Shown: positions 12,510 to 26,132 of the stretch, piece after piece
Layout: each line of letters opens with the position of its first letter
How positions within the stretch are numbered: the first letter of the stretch is position 1
NCBI GenBank assembly: GCA_022813865.1
Contig: JALDZX010000005.1
Location: forward strand, 558,001 to 622,000
Length of the DNA stretch: 64,000 nt
Origin: Xylographa opegraphella
Lineage: Eukaryota
Reading direction: 5' to 3'
Position numbers and translations under genes: made by a program
The notes under the pieces: generated by a model
What the model was told of the DNA's origin: nothing
Databases searched by the model: none
The model's input: the letters and a program-made list of their open reading frames with translations, nothing else

Positions 12510-13595
12510 ATGGCCTCCAAATACCTCCCATCAGTCTGCCGCGCCATCGGGCGTCCCTCAAGAGCCATATCACGCCCGCAATGCCGGCCCATAACGTCCA
12601 CTGCCCGGGTGGCAAGCAGCGCCCTCCAAGTGGTATGGCACCTCCCCACCAAAACCTCCTCAATTGATGCCCCTTGGGCATTCGCCAGACCTCTACTTAC
12701 ATCGCTCCCTTACCTAGCACCGAAACACGCCCGACAACAACCCGTCCATACCCTTCGAGTTCAACGCCATCAACAAACAGCTCATCGACGAGATCCTCAA
12801 ACGCTACCCGCCGCAGTACAAAAAAGCGGCCGTGATGCCGCTGCTCGACCTCGGCCAGCGCCAGCACGGCTTCACCAGCATCAGCGTCATGAACGCCGTC
12901 GCTAAGATCCTGGAGATGCCGCCGATGCGGGTCTACGAGGTCGCGACCTTCTACACCATGTACAACCGCGCGCCCGTGGGCCGCTTCCACCTGCAGCTGT
13001 GCACGACGGTACGTGTGTCCGTGGGCGCAGCCCCTTACAAAACCTTTCCCATTGCCACGGGTTCTCGAGTACTGACAACCCGGCTCCTTTCGGTCCACAG
13101 ACACCCTGCCAGCTCGGCGGCTGCGGCTCCGACGCCATCATGCGCGCCATGGAAGCCCACCTCGGCATCACCAACGGCGAGACGACGGCGGATGGGCTCT
13201 TCACCTTCTCGGAGGTGGAGTGCCTGGGCGCGTGCGTCAACGCGCCGATGATCCAGATCAACGACGACTACTACGAGGACCTGACCCCGGAGTCCGTCGT
13301 TACCCTGCTCAAAGCCCTACAAGCGGCGGCCGAGACGACGGGCGCCGCAGGAGGCACAGCAGGGTTGGGCGGCCATTCGACGGCGGGCATGGGCGGTCAG
13401 GGAGGGCACGATAGGGGCCAGGCTGAGGCGAACGTGGAGGATAATGCGGGCAGGACGTACGCGGCGAAGGGGGTCAAGGTGCCGAGTCCCGGGCCGATGA
13501 GTGGGCGCAGGACGTGCGAGAATGCGAAGGGGCTCACGAGCTTGACGAGCGAGATGTGGGGGAAGGAGGTGCTGAGGACCGATGGGGCGTTGTAG
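12510..13595 (+). CDS. nuo-24: NADH:ubiquinone oxidoreductase 24-kDa subunit (NDUFV2), mitochondrial, 3 exons
   Basis: Presequence, then [48 protein letters not shown]; 2Fe-2S ligands CTTTPCQL and [11 protein letters not shown]. Confidence 0.95.
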
Positions 13596-14164
13596 GAGGG
13601 TGGTGGTGGTGGTGGGTAGAAGGGAGAAGGGAAAGCGAGGATAGAGTTTCCAGTACATAGATCCAGTGCTGTGCAGCAATCCGGCTTGAAGTTCTAGTTA
13701 CTTCTCACTTCCCCGTCGGAGTGCGTCGGAGTGGCAGCGTCGAGATGCTACTCTTCTGGTTTTACGTACTTTCCACTGGCTTGCGTCGACCCTGGACTTT
13801 GGACGATTGGTCGCTCCTAGTGGCACCGTTCGTAGTAGTATGCTTTCCTTGAGAAACGCCTTTCCGAAACTGAAAGCAGTCGTGCAATACTCTAGAGAGC
13901 GTCGAAGACAGCACCGATGCAAGAGGAATGAGTAGGACAGTCACGGGAAAGCGGGTTCGAGAGGCCCATTCAATGATTTACGGAATGGACAATCGACATC
14001 GCCCGGTTCTAGGGTTTCAAAGAATCACGAAGTCGGCTCATCACAAGTGGCAATGAAGATATGTAACTTCTCCATCTGATTTCTCGAACAAAAGCCTAGG
14101 TCCCGAACGTCTAAGCTAAGAAACACTCTGCACCGTCCATGAATCCATCGCTCCAGCACCACGT

Positions 14165-15109
14165 CTACGCCTCGGTCTCGAAAGCTTCGGGGAATCGTCG
14201 CAGGTTGCCTTCGATCGGTCCCTTGTTCCTCAAGAACTGCACGTAGGCGCCATCGATCTTGACCTTGCCCTCAGCACGCATGGATGTGTAGTCCTCGCGG
14301 CGGAGGGGAGTGAAGCCCCAGTTCTTGGAGACGATGATCTTTTGGCGGCCGGGGAACTTGTACTGCGAACGGCGGAGGGCTTCGATGGCGGTGGCGCGGT
14401 CTGGACGGCGTTAGTTCTCAGATCTTGGTTCCCAATCGAGTATAGACAAGCCACTGGAAGGGCAAAGGCAAACTCACGAGTATCACGGGTTCGGACGGAG
14501 AGCAGGATCTGGCCAATGTTCACACGAGCCACACTTCCGTTGGGCTTGCCCCATGCTCCACGCATCCCGGTTTGCAGTCTATCGGCACCGGCGCAAGACA
14601 ACATCTTGTTGATACGGACGACGTGGTACGGGTGAGCGCGGACACGCAGGTGGAATCCTTCTTTGCCGGCAACTTTGACGAGGTACCTGTGACGTAGCGA
14701 TTTAGAGATATTCAGTATGCTGGTTAGGCGAAGAGCCTCTTACTTGTTGGCGCAGATACGGGCGGCTTCAAGAGCCTCCGAGGAAAGCTGCTCGTACTCG
14801 TTGGATACCATGTGTACACAGAGCGGGAATTCATCAACGTTGGCTCGCTTGCGGCCAAGATCGAAGATTCGGATCTTGGGATCGGGGACACCACGGTTGA
14901 AGCGAGACTTGGGGTATGGCTGTAATAAGCAATGCAGTCAGTGATAGTCCACGTCCATCTTGTCGAGCCCACAGAGGATTGCGATCCTGAACCGACGCTG
15001 TGGCAGAGGACACCACAAAGCGCCCCACAAACCCACTCCTTCGATGCGCTCATGGGTAACTCACCTTGTTTTTGCAGTACCGGTAACATCTCGCTGGGCG
15101 TCGTGCCAT
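14165..15109 (-). CDS. RPL10: 60S ribosomal protein L10 (uL16/QM), multiple introns
   Basis: [84 protein letters not shown]. Confidence 0.97.
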
Positions 15110-15215
15110 TTCGAATGTACTATTGCGTTCTTTCGCGGCTTGCGTATGTTGTTGTCGAACTTCAAAGAGAGGACTTGGTTTTAGATGAAGTTCAAACGGG
15201 ATTCGGAGTTGGAGT

Positions 15216-15223
15216 TGTGACTG
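15216..15223 (-). promoter_or_regulatory. Homol D box (CAGTCACA) in the RPL10 promoter
   Basis: TGTGACTG on + reads CAGTCACA on the RPL10 sense strand, about 107 nt upstream of the ATG; this is the known ribosomal-protein promoter element. Confidence 0.65.
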
Positions 15224-16878
15224 CTTTGATTTCAAAGCTCGCCACTAGCCGGAACGAGTCACAACTTAGTAGAGGTGCTTCCGGGGGAGACCGCCTAATG
15301 TTAGGGGGATAAGCTGGCGAGTGAGTCACCCAAAATTCTTCAGCGCTACTTACGGAGTATTTTTGTGTCGTAATCCCGTCGCTTAGCATACCCTATACGC
15401 ACAAACGAGAACTACATGGATAGACTGCTCTTTCAAGCTGATAAGGTTGATACTATTCTACCGATATGATGATTTATAGACATATGTACTTGTATCCAAT
15501 GCATGAGATACCGTACGTTAGAACCAGAACTCTCTATGGAAAATGTGTTTTCACGTAGAAAATGTGGTGCATATGTCCATTAGTCTTTTAGGATAACTAG
15601 GAGCTATGGTAGCAACGAAATCTCATCCCGTAATCTCAGAAGCCATTTGCCCCTTACGCTGTAGCACCACTTAAGATGTCTGAGTCACCTGCATCCAGCA
15701 CCGCCATTGTCGAGCATCTATAGAGTTTTCCACATGCGGTTCCTAGCTCGATCTACGACATCAAATTAGCACATTGGTATGCCCTCCAAAGCCTTTGTAG
15801 GAGACTTCTTCGTTGGGCGGAACTTGGTGAACCAGGTGACTAGACTTCAAGGACAACGAAAGGAGAGGCGCAAACAAAAGATCATCGCTTACGTTGTTGC
15901 CTGCGAAGTGATGGACGTTTGTCTTGGAAAGCATCGAGTAATCTAGGACAGATATCAGTACACGGAGTGTTGTCGTCGGTAATGGGGATTTCGCACATTC
16001 AAGCTCGCTCTTGCGAAGAGGAGGAGTATTGCCAGCTATGATGACTAACTTGGCTTTTCCGGATCGAAGAGACTTGAGGGTCGATTTGTATCCAAGCGTG
16101 ACTACGGTGAGTGTCAGACTGCGGGTTCATATATCTTCAAGGAGGGAGCAATGGTTCGCTTCATACCTTTTCCAGACTTCATCACAAGCGCCAAGCGCGA
16201 ATTGATGCTATCGGCCGTCTTCTTGGCCTTCTTTGTTGGTGCCATCGTTGCGCTGAAGGAAGCTCTGAAGATTCCTGTATGTATTAAAGCGCTCCGGACT
16301 GTTTGGGCTGTCGATAGAACAATAGAATAAATTTGTGGGCTCGGGGAGTTAGCAGAATCTTGGCGCGCTAGTATCGACCTTACAAGGGACGGGTATGAGG
16401 CTGAAGATCCGGCAATTCGTGGCGCAAGTCCTTAAAACAAACAACGCGGTCGTGTTGGTTCGCGGAAAGGACATGTAGAAGGTATTCGTCATCGTAGTCT
16501 CGGTTTCATCTTCGTATCCAGCATCACGGACACTCAACGGAGTATTCGACCACAACCGGAGAGACATCTGTAAGGGGGTTTATGCACCGCAAGCATCGGC
16601 TGTGGCTTGAAGGCTAATTGCGTCGGCTTCCTACCTTGCTTGTGATACTCTATCCAGCTTTCCCCATCAAAGTTCAGAGACAACCCTTTCGATCGCTTTT
16701 CAATCCATCTTCAGGTCTATTGAACCGCAAGCTTGTATTGCTGCTCGGGATGACCGATAACTCTCAGACTAGAGCGCTGACGGAAGCCGCAATCTAAACA
16801 TAGTTATCAGCTACTACAGATTCCCGTCCCTGAAGCAACTTTACAAAATATTTTCAATATTGCAATCCGTGGGCGAAG

Positions 16879-19042
16879 ATGTCTGCTGTACCAAAGAACC
16901 CACTGCTTTCGAGTACAATGACTACAGGTATGACTGGTCGCAGACAAGCAACAAGTCCGGCCCGCTCCTCATCTCCTGTCGCTCGAGGCGATTCGCCTTC
17001 CAAAACCTTAAGCACCAACGGCGTTGCTCGAACCCCTTCAGCAAAAAGCCCTTCCGGTGTCGCACGGCCAAATCGAGCATCAGTGCGGCGTCCGGGTCAA
17101 TTCTCGAGCTCTTTGAGCAACTCTGGTGTATTGACTATCGAAGATAATAGTACAGAGGACGATGCAAGAATCGAGAGTGCTGTGCTGATAGACAATATGA
17201 AAAAGAGTCTCCGGAATGCAGAGACGGTGTCAGAGGACTATCAGCGGGAACTGGCCTTGGTACAGAAGAAGTTGGATGAAGTGATGCGAGATCAAGCCAA
17301 GATGGAGGAACGTCTACACGAGAGTGCCCAAAGGATAGACGAACTTGAAATACAGAAAAGAGACGTCTCACGCCAGGCGCGCGAGATGGGAAATATGTTC
17401 GAGTCAGAGCGTATGGCTATGTTGCGAGACAGAGAGGAGGCTGCGGGACGAGAAGCGGAACTGAATGGCACTGTACGGCGTCTCAAAGAGACTATGGCAG
17501 GACGAGAAATGCGAGTAAATGCGGATTCGGAACGACGAATGTCTAGATCAGGTGTGAATAATTTTGTGCTGGTAATTTGCACAATATTAACGCTCATCAG
17601 GACGAACTCATAGCCGGTCTTCTTCCATTGACGAACATGGGAACTTCGCACCTCCCTCGGCCATGCAAAGACGTGGTTCTTCTCTTCAGCGAAGCGACTC
17701 ACCAAATACCTCGAGACTAGTTACGCAAAAAGATATGGCAATAGAATCTCTCAGGCTCGAACTTGCCGAAGCTCAAATTAAACTGGTCGAGATGGAGAAT
17801 ACGGGGGGCGATCAGCTGCAACAGTTAGAAAAGACCTTACTTGAGACCAGGATGACTAACGCTAGGCTGATGGAAGACAACGAGAGCTTTCAATTATTGC
17901 TGGGTGAAAAGACTTTGAATGGCGATTTCGCCAAGACAGACTTCATGCAAGGACCACCAGCGACCGATAGTATATCAGCATTGGGCTCTCTAGCCGAGGA
18001 ACTCGAAGCAGCCGACGGCGAAAGTGAAAACTTTCGTCGCCTCGAGGCGGAAAGTAAATCGTTAAGGGACCAGAACAAGGCGCTGACGCTCTATATTGAA
18101 AAGATCATCAGTCGTGTTCTGATGCATGACAACTTCGAGACTATTCTCGACCAGAAGCCAGAACCCCTACCTGGAACGCAGAAGAACCTGCCCCCTATAC
18201 CGCCTCCCAAAGATGATAGCACACCGGTGTCTGTTTTGCAAAGAGCCATGTCAGTAGTTGGAGGACCTCGTCGGCCGCGGCCACAAAGTCAACTGGTTAC
18301 CTCAATGACCCCTATGGCAAATGATGAGACTACCCCCAAAGCTAGGGTGAGACCGCAAAGTCAGATCTTTGCTTCAGCGCCGGTCGTTCCGACAAAATTG
18401 AATGAAGATCCTTTCACTGCTCCACAGGTCCCGATAGGTCGCAAACCCTCAGTTGCTGCGCAAAACCGAGGACACCGGAGGACGCAGTCGGAGCAATCCG
18501 ACGCTACCGCACACGCAGCAATAGTCGTTAATCAGATGTACCGTGGCCCATCCCCTGCTGCGAGTGGACCTACAAGTGCCGTCAGTCCTGGAGGCACAAC
18601 TCCACAGACCTCGTACTTTGCACCGCCCGCTATCGTCGGTAGCACCGTAAATCATAACCCACACCGTCCCTCACCCGGAGCCTCTCGATCAGCGTCCGGA
18701 TATCGAGCAACGCCTGAGAGTCAGGGAAGAAACGACAAATTGAGTAGCAGCTCCAATAGTGCCTTCAGTCGAGATAGCGGGGAAGCACCAAGTCCCCCTA
18801 GGAACCGAGCAGGAGAAACGAACTACACTGGTGCCGTAATGACGCAAAGTCGGCTGAGGCCGTTGCGACTCGTTCAAGAAAACAAAGAGATGGAGAACCA
18901 ACAATCGCGAAGGATAAGTGTCGTGGCGGACGAGGAGAATGCAGCGAGGAAGAAGGCCAACCGTGGTAGCTGGATGGGGTGGTTCAACCGCAAGGACGAG
19001 GCCGGGCCTCGGAGCGTAAGTGCTGGGAATTTACAAGAATAG
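16879..19042 (+). CDS. Coiled-coil protein with a Rab11-FIP RBD-like segment, 2 exons
   Basis: ORFs 16879-17613 and 17663-19042 join in frame through intron 17552-17600; long heptad region, then LMEDNESFQLLLGEKT and NKALTLYIEKIISRVL. Confidence 0.8.
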
Positions 19043-22000
19043 ACTGTCTGGATTATATTGGGATCAGGAACGGCCGTTCAGTATTTATACTCGGGCGGTT
19101 TTGTGCATGTTGGCTGCAGGGTTGGAGTTTCCCTGCGGGTCTTATTCTCATCATACGATTTTGTGGACGGTATCATCTGGGTTTGGCTGTCTTGCTTATA
19201 CCGCTCTATTGATACCCTGATTCATGTCCTTCGATTATGTGTACAAAACCTTTTGATAGGACTATATTCACGAATGCATATCTTTCTCAACGGCTGCTGT
19301 TCTCGAGTTCTCATATGGAGAGTACGCTAGACTATTGATTGCCCGTCTGCTTTCGTCCATGACCGGCATCCTAACTGCCACGAATCAAATATCTAACATA
19401 TTCTACCTCATCCCCTATCAATGGTTTTACAGCATATCTGGTCCTAACGACAGGTACATGCAAGTACCATGTATCGTGGCGAGATCACCTTTGGGATAGG
19501 TCTGCGGCGATCTATCTACAAGCTGACATCTAATCCCATTATTCACAGAAATCTCACAGCCATTTCGGCAGGAATGGAAACACAACTCCCAGTTGTTCTC
19601 TGCACGAGAGGTACCTTACATATATGTTATATACTAAGGTTCACAGCCACACAAGTTCCCTTCATTCCCAGTCTTCGTTGACCACCCACGCGTGATCACC
19701 CCGGCTCCGCTTCCTGCTTGAGCCATCCTGCCGCAACCATTTCCGCACGGGATTCAATTTCTGTTTGGACCACCCACCGGAGCTGGACCACTCGGCCGTT
19801 TCGTCCATGGCACAATAGGCTCCGGGTGAGCGCTTCGCTAAAGCTCGTACATACGCAAGGAAGGGATGCTGCGTCGTATATCAAGCCTCGACTCCGACTT
19901 GACATTTGTTACCTCTCTTTGTACTCTGTCCTTCCCCGGCTTACCATCCGAGTTCGCAGCCGCTACCCCGCGTTCGTGCTCTGAAGACTGCTGGCGTTTG
20001 TCAAATGCGTGGTCACGGTTTCGACGTCCTGCTTCTCGGCTTTTCTTGCGTGCCTGTATCATGAGATTATCTCCAGATATTTCGTAAGGAGTGGGGAACT
20101 TGATCTGATTTCCGCGTGGCAATAATCGCTGCAGTACCGACCAGAAACCACTTCTGGACCGTGCCTGCTTCTTCTTGAAAGAACTCCACCATGATCTCTC
20201 CTTTCTTTTCAGAGTTCTAATCGACTGTACCATGGGAATGCGATAGCCTAAGCAGCACACCCAGAAACACAATCCCAGCATTCCCAGGTCCAGTCGACAC
20301 AACGATTGCCTTTATTTTCAACTATATCCCTCATCTTGTTGGATAATCGACCAAAAACACCTGTCTTCGAGCTTCCTTTTGCAAGCCCGTTAACGAAAAA
20401 CCCCATTCGGACACCCCGGTCCCTTGTTCGAGGTGTTACGGATACCCCAGTGCCACAGGTATTCGGCAGCTTCTTCGTCAGCTGACGAGTGATTGTCAAT
20501 ACTCCTATCGGAGACTGGTCCAAAAATCAGCAATCCGTTCTCTTTCCAGTAGTGCACGTGGCCACTGAACCGCCTAAATTCCGCCTGGATCGTAGCATAA
20601 GTTGTGGATGTCCGACTGTAAGGGCCGTTAACACCGTGTCGTTTCCGTATACAGGCTTTCGCCATCTTCTTATCTATATCTTGTATCCGTAGACCTACAG
20701 AGGGATCGGATGAGTTCGACACCGCGATCCGTGAGATGCTTGCTAGCTTCGTCCCACTCATGCTCCAAGTTACGAAACCAGAGAGACGCTGTACGGATAT
20801 TTCCGTTTCAGTTTGTGCTTCCAGGACGTTGCACCGTGGTCGTATGCTCTTTTCACGTCAACAGCGTCCATCGGGCATTGACCTTTCCGTTAGCCCTGTT
20901 CTTCGGCCTAGGTTCGGTGCACGACGCTGCGTCGAGGGCAGGCTTGTGTAGCATCGGTAGGGGATGACGGGCTGGATCGAAATAGGATCCGTGAGCCCGA
21001 CGATGACTGTGCTGGGTGCTGTTGGAATTGCTAATAAATGCATAGATAGTTGTGAATGGGCTAACCAGGCAGGCAAGTCATCTTCATCGTTTGTACCCCC
21101 ATCGTCTCTCTTCATTATACCCCTGTCACGATCGAATTAACGCTTTGTGACGAGTGAACATAGTGGAAAAGTTGTTTCCAACGCAGCAGCGCTGGCACGA
21201 AGGTATTCTGATCCTGATAGTAAATATGTTTCACGTAACACGGAGGAAGAAAGCGTTCGTCTAAAGAAAACGCCATTTGGCACAAATGTATAATGAGCCA
21301 TGCAGAAAGATCGAAGGTCTGGGTGCCTACAAGTTTACCCATTCCGATATGGCATCATATATACACAAGGGCAAAGGGATGGATTTTGAGACACTTGGTA
21401 ATTTGGTCAAGTATTGAAGTGGTACAAGGCGTGTTGTGTATCATGGATTCAGGTTTCGAGGTCAAACGGTACCAAGTAAGGATAGACCAGAGATGGAAGT
21501 ATGAATACATGTAGGTGAATATGTAGTCGAAGCAGAATATGGCGACAAGGAAAATGTGTCAAACAGCTCCGAGTCAACTATTCTGAAACTAAACATACAC
21601 GACGGTGGAAGGCTTCGAAGGTACTGCTCCGTATAGCTCGTCGATGGCCATATAACAGATGTGAACATCAACAGAAGACAATCAGAGGAGCCCTCAGTCT
21701 CGCAGCATAACAACTAGCAGAATGGGCCAGTTTCGGAGTAAATGGATACAAGAAACAAAAAATATCTATCCCGAAGCTCATATTTCCACGCAACCGTACC
21801 AATATCTCACTCACTGCGTAAACGCATATAATCAGAGTACATCGAGAACATGCAAAGGAATGTGTAAGGGCATGATGATAGATACGTAGCTCGTAGTCGT
21901 CATTCGAGTATACAGAAGAGACAGAGAAAGGCGAAAACGAAACCAGGTTTACACGAACTGGCACGCTGAGCCGCGCACGCAATAGATCCGACAAATAGAC

Positions 22001-22526
22001 TCATGGGTGGGGGGGGTACAGGGAGGTAGCAAACCAGTTGCGAAGGACGAAAGCATGCAATGAATCGAAGGCGGACAATAAAAGCATGTAGTCCGATGTG
22101 GATTTACCGACTGTGTGAATAAGGCGAGCTTCACAATCAGGCGATGTCCGTCGAGATGGGCCTTGAATATCGATTAGGTAAGGTGGTGTACCCCTGTCTG
22201 TAACCCGTAATGCCTGGACTCTCTGCCAGCCTGGATGAGAAAAGACTTGGGGTGCTGCGAAGTATGTGGCTGAGCTGTGATAGAAAGGTTTTGAGAGACA
22301 GTAGAAAGTTTGCCTGGCGGCTGATTGGAGGCGGTCGCAGATACAGACGGGCAGATAACAATGTGAATATTCGCAGGTCGATTATGCACCAGCCCGGATG
22401 GCTGGGTGGTCAATTGTAGAATGAATGTTACTATTACAACCCAACGAGATCAGAGCCAACCTAGACTTTTCCGCAGTCACGATTTGGACACGCAGACCAC
22501 GATAATACTTTTAACTTCGCGTCCGA

Positions 22527-23829
22527 CTAAGGAGTTTCGGCAACTCTGTAGACCAGCTTCTTCCCGCTGACTTTGCCCTGCCGCATCTCCTCCATGCCTT
22601 CCAACACACCCTTCAAACCACCGGGCCGTACATCTACCGGGTGGACCTTGACCTTCTTCTCAGCCAGCAGCTTGCTGGCAAGCCTCCAGAACATCTTGCC
22701 AAACCTACGAGAATATTAGCCAACAGCCCGAACCATGATAGAGAGAGAAACGTACTCGATGTCCTCTTTTGAGGCCGGCAGTTCCGGGCCGTTATCGCCC
22801 ATTGTGAAAGCTTCACCCACCATCGTGTATGCAAGGGTGTGCTTGTTCTCCACGTCATCCCTCGGAAGCTTCGGGACTTGCAAAAGAGAAGAGTATTTCG
22901 GAGGTGTGCTACTTTTAGAAGCCATGGAGGCAACGCATATGGCGCCAGTTCTTTCACTGGCGATCGTGTCGAATGCATAGTATAGCTTGTCCTTTGTGTA
23001 CTCTTTAATCTTCTCTGCACAGGAAGGATCGTTGTAATCGAAGACAGCATCGGCTCCTAACTCTTTGACCAAAGCATGGTTGTGTGGAGACGCCGTGGCA
23101 ATAACGGTCATGCCTGACAATTTCGCAAACTGGATAGCCAGAGTTCCGGTAGCTGTGCTGCCTCTACTTAAAGTCAAAAGCGCACAATGGCATTGTAGAG
23201 AGATTCGTACCCATAGATCAAAAGTGGTAATGCTTCCTTTGAGGGGTTGCTTGGCAGTGGAAGTTGTAACGACTGGTACAAAGCTTGTCCTACCTGTAAC
23301 ATGGGTTAGTGGACCTCAAGAGTATCGACTATTCAACGTACTGTGCTTATCCCAACTCCTAGGGTACTTGCTTCCTCAAAGCTCAGGCTCTCAGGAATTT
23401 TGGTTTGAATATCGGCCTTGGCGACAATGTGCTCCGCAAAAGCTCCGTCTTCATGTTGTACAGCTGTCCAGGTTAGCGTTGATGGGCGAAGTATTTCGTC
23501 TGCATTCACCATTGCCACCGTGGGCCATGCCACAAATTTTGTCGCCAACCTTCCATGCTTCTGTGACGTTTGTCCCTACCTCCTCCACTATACCTGAAAA
23601 ATCGCATCCGCACAACGCTCCAGGGCTCGCAAGAAAGTCCACGTGTTTCCAATCTGTATGACCATTAAGCTGGAGAACACAAGTCGTACATGGGATGTGG
23701 TAAGATACCCGTGGGGTTAAGCGCAACTGCAACAGGCTTCACTTTCACGTAGTCATGGCGGAGCTTCGGTTCCGGCCTGTCCGACACCAATTCGGCGTTC
23801 TTCGGTGCTTTAATGACAACAGCTTTCAT
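22527..23829 (-). CDS. MDR-superfamily trans-enoyl reductase-like oxidoreductase (LovC/ToxD type), multi-exon
   Basis: MKAVVIKAP...[71 protein letters not shown]. Confidence 0.9.
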
Positions 23830-24352
23830 AATGACTGAAATATGGTAGGAAGAGGTCCGAGTAACGTATGTTCGTGGAATAATCTGAAGTTCGAAAGCAG
23901 CCTCGGCCTAGGTATTTGCGCACAATTGATTCAGGGTCGCCATGACGTTGACATGAATAATCCATGATTGGGTGCACAGTCATGCATTCGACAAGCGTTC
24001 CGGCATTTGGTCTCGACAGCCTTTAGCGCAACATCAGTCGTACAAGCTACAAAGTAGACAGGCTATAGTACACAGAACCGCAGCAGAGGAATATAACAAT
24101 CGAAAGATTTCACGACGCTTGCATATCAAGAACAGCGGTCACTGAGTGGTTTCAATCAGGTTGCGCAATATGTGCAATGCTTCATTTGTGTTCTTATTTG
24201 AGGAAGTAGTTATAATCGAACGGGGTATCAAAGGGCGAGAGCGTTCAACCTGGAAAACCGACCGGTACCCGTAAATGTTTCATGATCGCACCCCTAAGCA
24301 TACGCCGTCGCTATGTGTATATCAGTAGTTCAGCCCAACGAATATGGACGCA

Positions 24353-25193
24353 TTAGAGTAGATCGAAGTCGTCAAGTTTGTCGCGATATTTCAGAATGTT
24401 CCTCTTGATCTTGCTCGAATCAACCCATGTGATCAGATCTTCCATATTTCGTGTGACCAGAAACGCAGGATCTGTGATAACTTCAGGCCCTGCTCTGACA
24501 TGGCCTTGTTCGATGAACTTGTTCGCCTAGGACATCAGTGACTGTCAGCACCTGGTTCAGCCAAGACATCAAAAGGTCTACGGTGTTGCAGTCGTCAAGG
24601 GGTGCCGAAAACTTGTACTCCACATACTGCTTGGACTGTGTCTGCCATCTTCAATCTTGTCATGACGACCCCCAGCCTTCGTCGACACATACTGCTCACG
24701 GTGACTTTATTTTCAACTTCGCTGAGCTTGCCATGTCCACCAGCACCGGCTGTCCCTAATATGCCCATATCATAAAGTTTCTCCAGGAGGAGGGATTCAT
24801 GCTTGTGTCGAAATGGATCTGTGGGCTCGAGAGCAGCCAGATGATGTGCAAGTTGCCTGCGCGACTAACGGCTTAGTCCCTGGGTGTAATAAGATGACGA
24901 GAAATAAGGCTTCGTATAATGTAGTAAGAGCGTCTGCCCCGGGGTCCGCAATTCCATAAGAAATGAGCCTACCTTAGACTACCACATATGCGATTGTACT
25001 TTGTGTAATCTGAGGGTTTCTGCACAGCGTATCGGCGGATTATGGCAGCATCGCGGTGATTGTTGTCGGATTTGTAGGTCGCAAAGTCGACCTTCCGCAG
25101 AAGTCTACGTGTGGATTCAGTTAGCCGTCCATGATACAGGAAGGTTATTATCATTACTTACTTCTGCTCGTGATACTTGAGCTTGCGAACCAT
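24353..25193 (-). CDS. IMP3: U3 snoRNP / SSU processome protein Imp3, 4 exons
   Basis: Spliced reading [18 protein letters not shown]...[17 protein letters not shown]...[11 protein letters not shown]...[10 protein letters not shown]...[27 protein letters not shown]...DDFDLL*. Confidence 0.95.
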
Positions 25194-26132
25194 GATTTAT
25201 CTAACACGAGAAATGGGTCTCGAAATATCTGACTATTTTGGGAATCTGCTGAACTTGCCCTAAGATGTATTACCTAGCCAAAAATAGTCTAGGTGCCATC
25301 CCATTCGTACTAGTCTACTATCTACCATATTTCTGAAAACGAATATACCCCGTACCATCATTTCGTTGTTGTTTGACGAATCGTGACGTGAAAGTCAAGG
25401 TCATCCGTGCGGATACCTGTATGCGATTGTTCGACATCCACTACATGCCTTGCCCGGAGTGTGTCCTATGTAGACTACGAGCGTGAAACGAACTGTTCGC
25501 GATGCAAGAGAGCTTCACAAATGCACTCTCAGCTTGATATTGAATGGCATGTTTCGAATCTCCTAGATACGTCTCTAGCTAAATGAGCTCGAAGCGACTG
25601 AGCAGCGCCGGAACCCTATGCCATACTATCTAAGGTATCTATCATCTCTTTGAGCCGCAGCAGGCCAAGAGAATGTGGTTCAAGCCAAATCTGACAAGCT
25701 CGTAAAACTCATGACACCATGAGATGCTCAAGCTCGTGCAAAATAGAATAATTACCGAGGAGTTGCAAGTGCCCTTCGCACAGCGAATATGATGACAAAC
25801 AATCTCTGCAAAGGGCTTTGGACAGTTTTTTTGATGTGAAGTGAAGGTGTCGTAAAAGAGGTTCGTAAGATGCGTGAAACTTGTAAGGGTAGCACATGCA
25901 AATGAAAGCAAGGGTAGGCCAAAGAAGCGCCGAGTATGCTGTCGATCCCGCCTCGAATGATATGTACGCCCGTCGATGCCTAGACCTGAACTCCAGCCTG
26001 AGTTCCCATACCACAGATAGTTGCCAATCGCTGACCTGCTATCCAGCCGTTGTCGCGTGAGCAGTGATAATTTCAGATTTCCAAGGCTATGCCACCATCT
26101 CTTCTCAGCAGCAAGCGGTCCAACGATGATAT

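Noticed and set aside
15466..16260. ATGATGA C-box-like motifs upstream of RPL10 (15466, ~16038)
   Set aside because: The nearest CTGA boxes are ~200 nt away with no terminal stems or evident guides.
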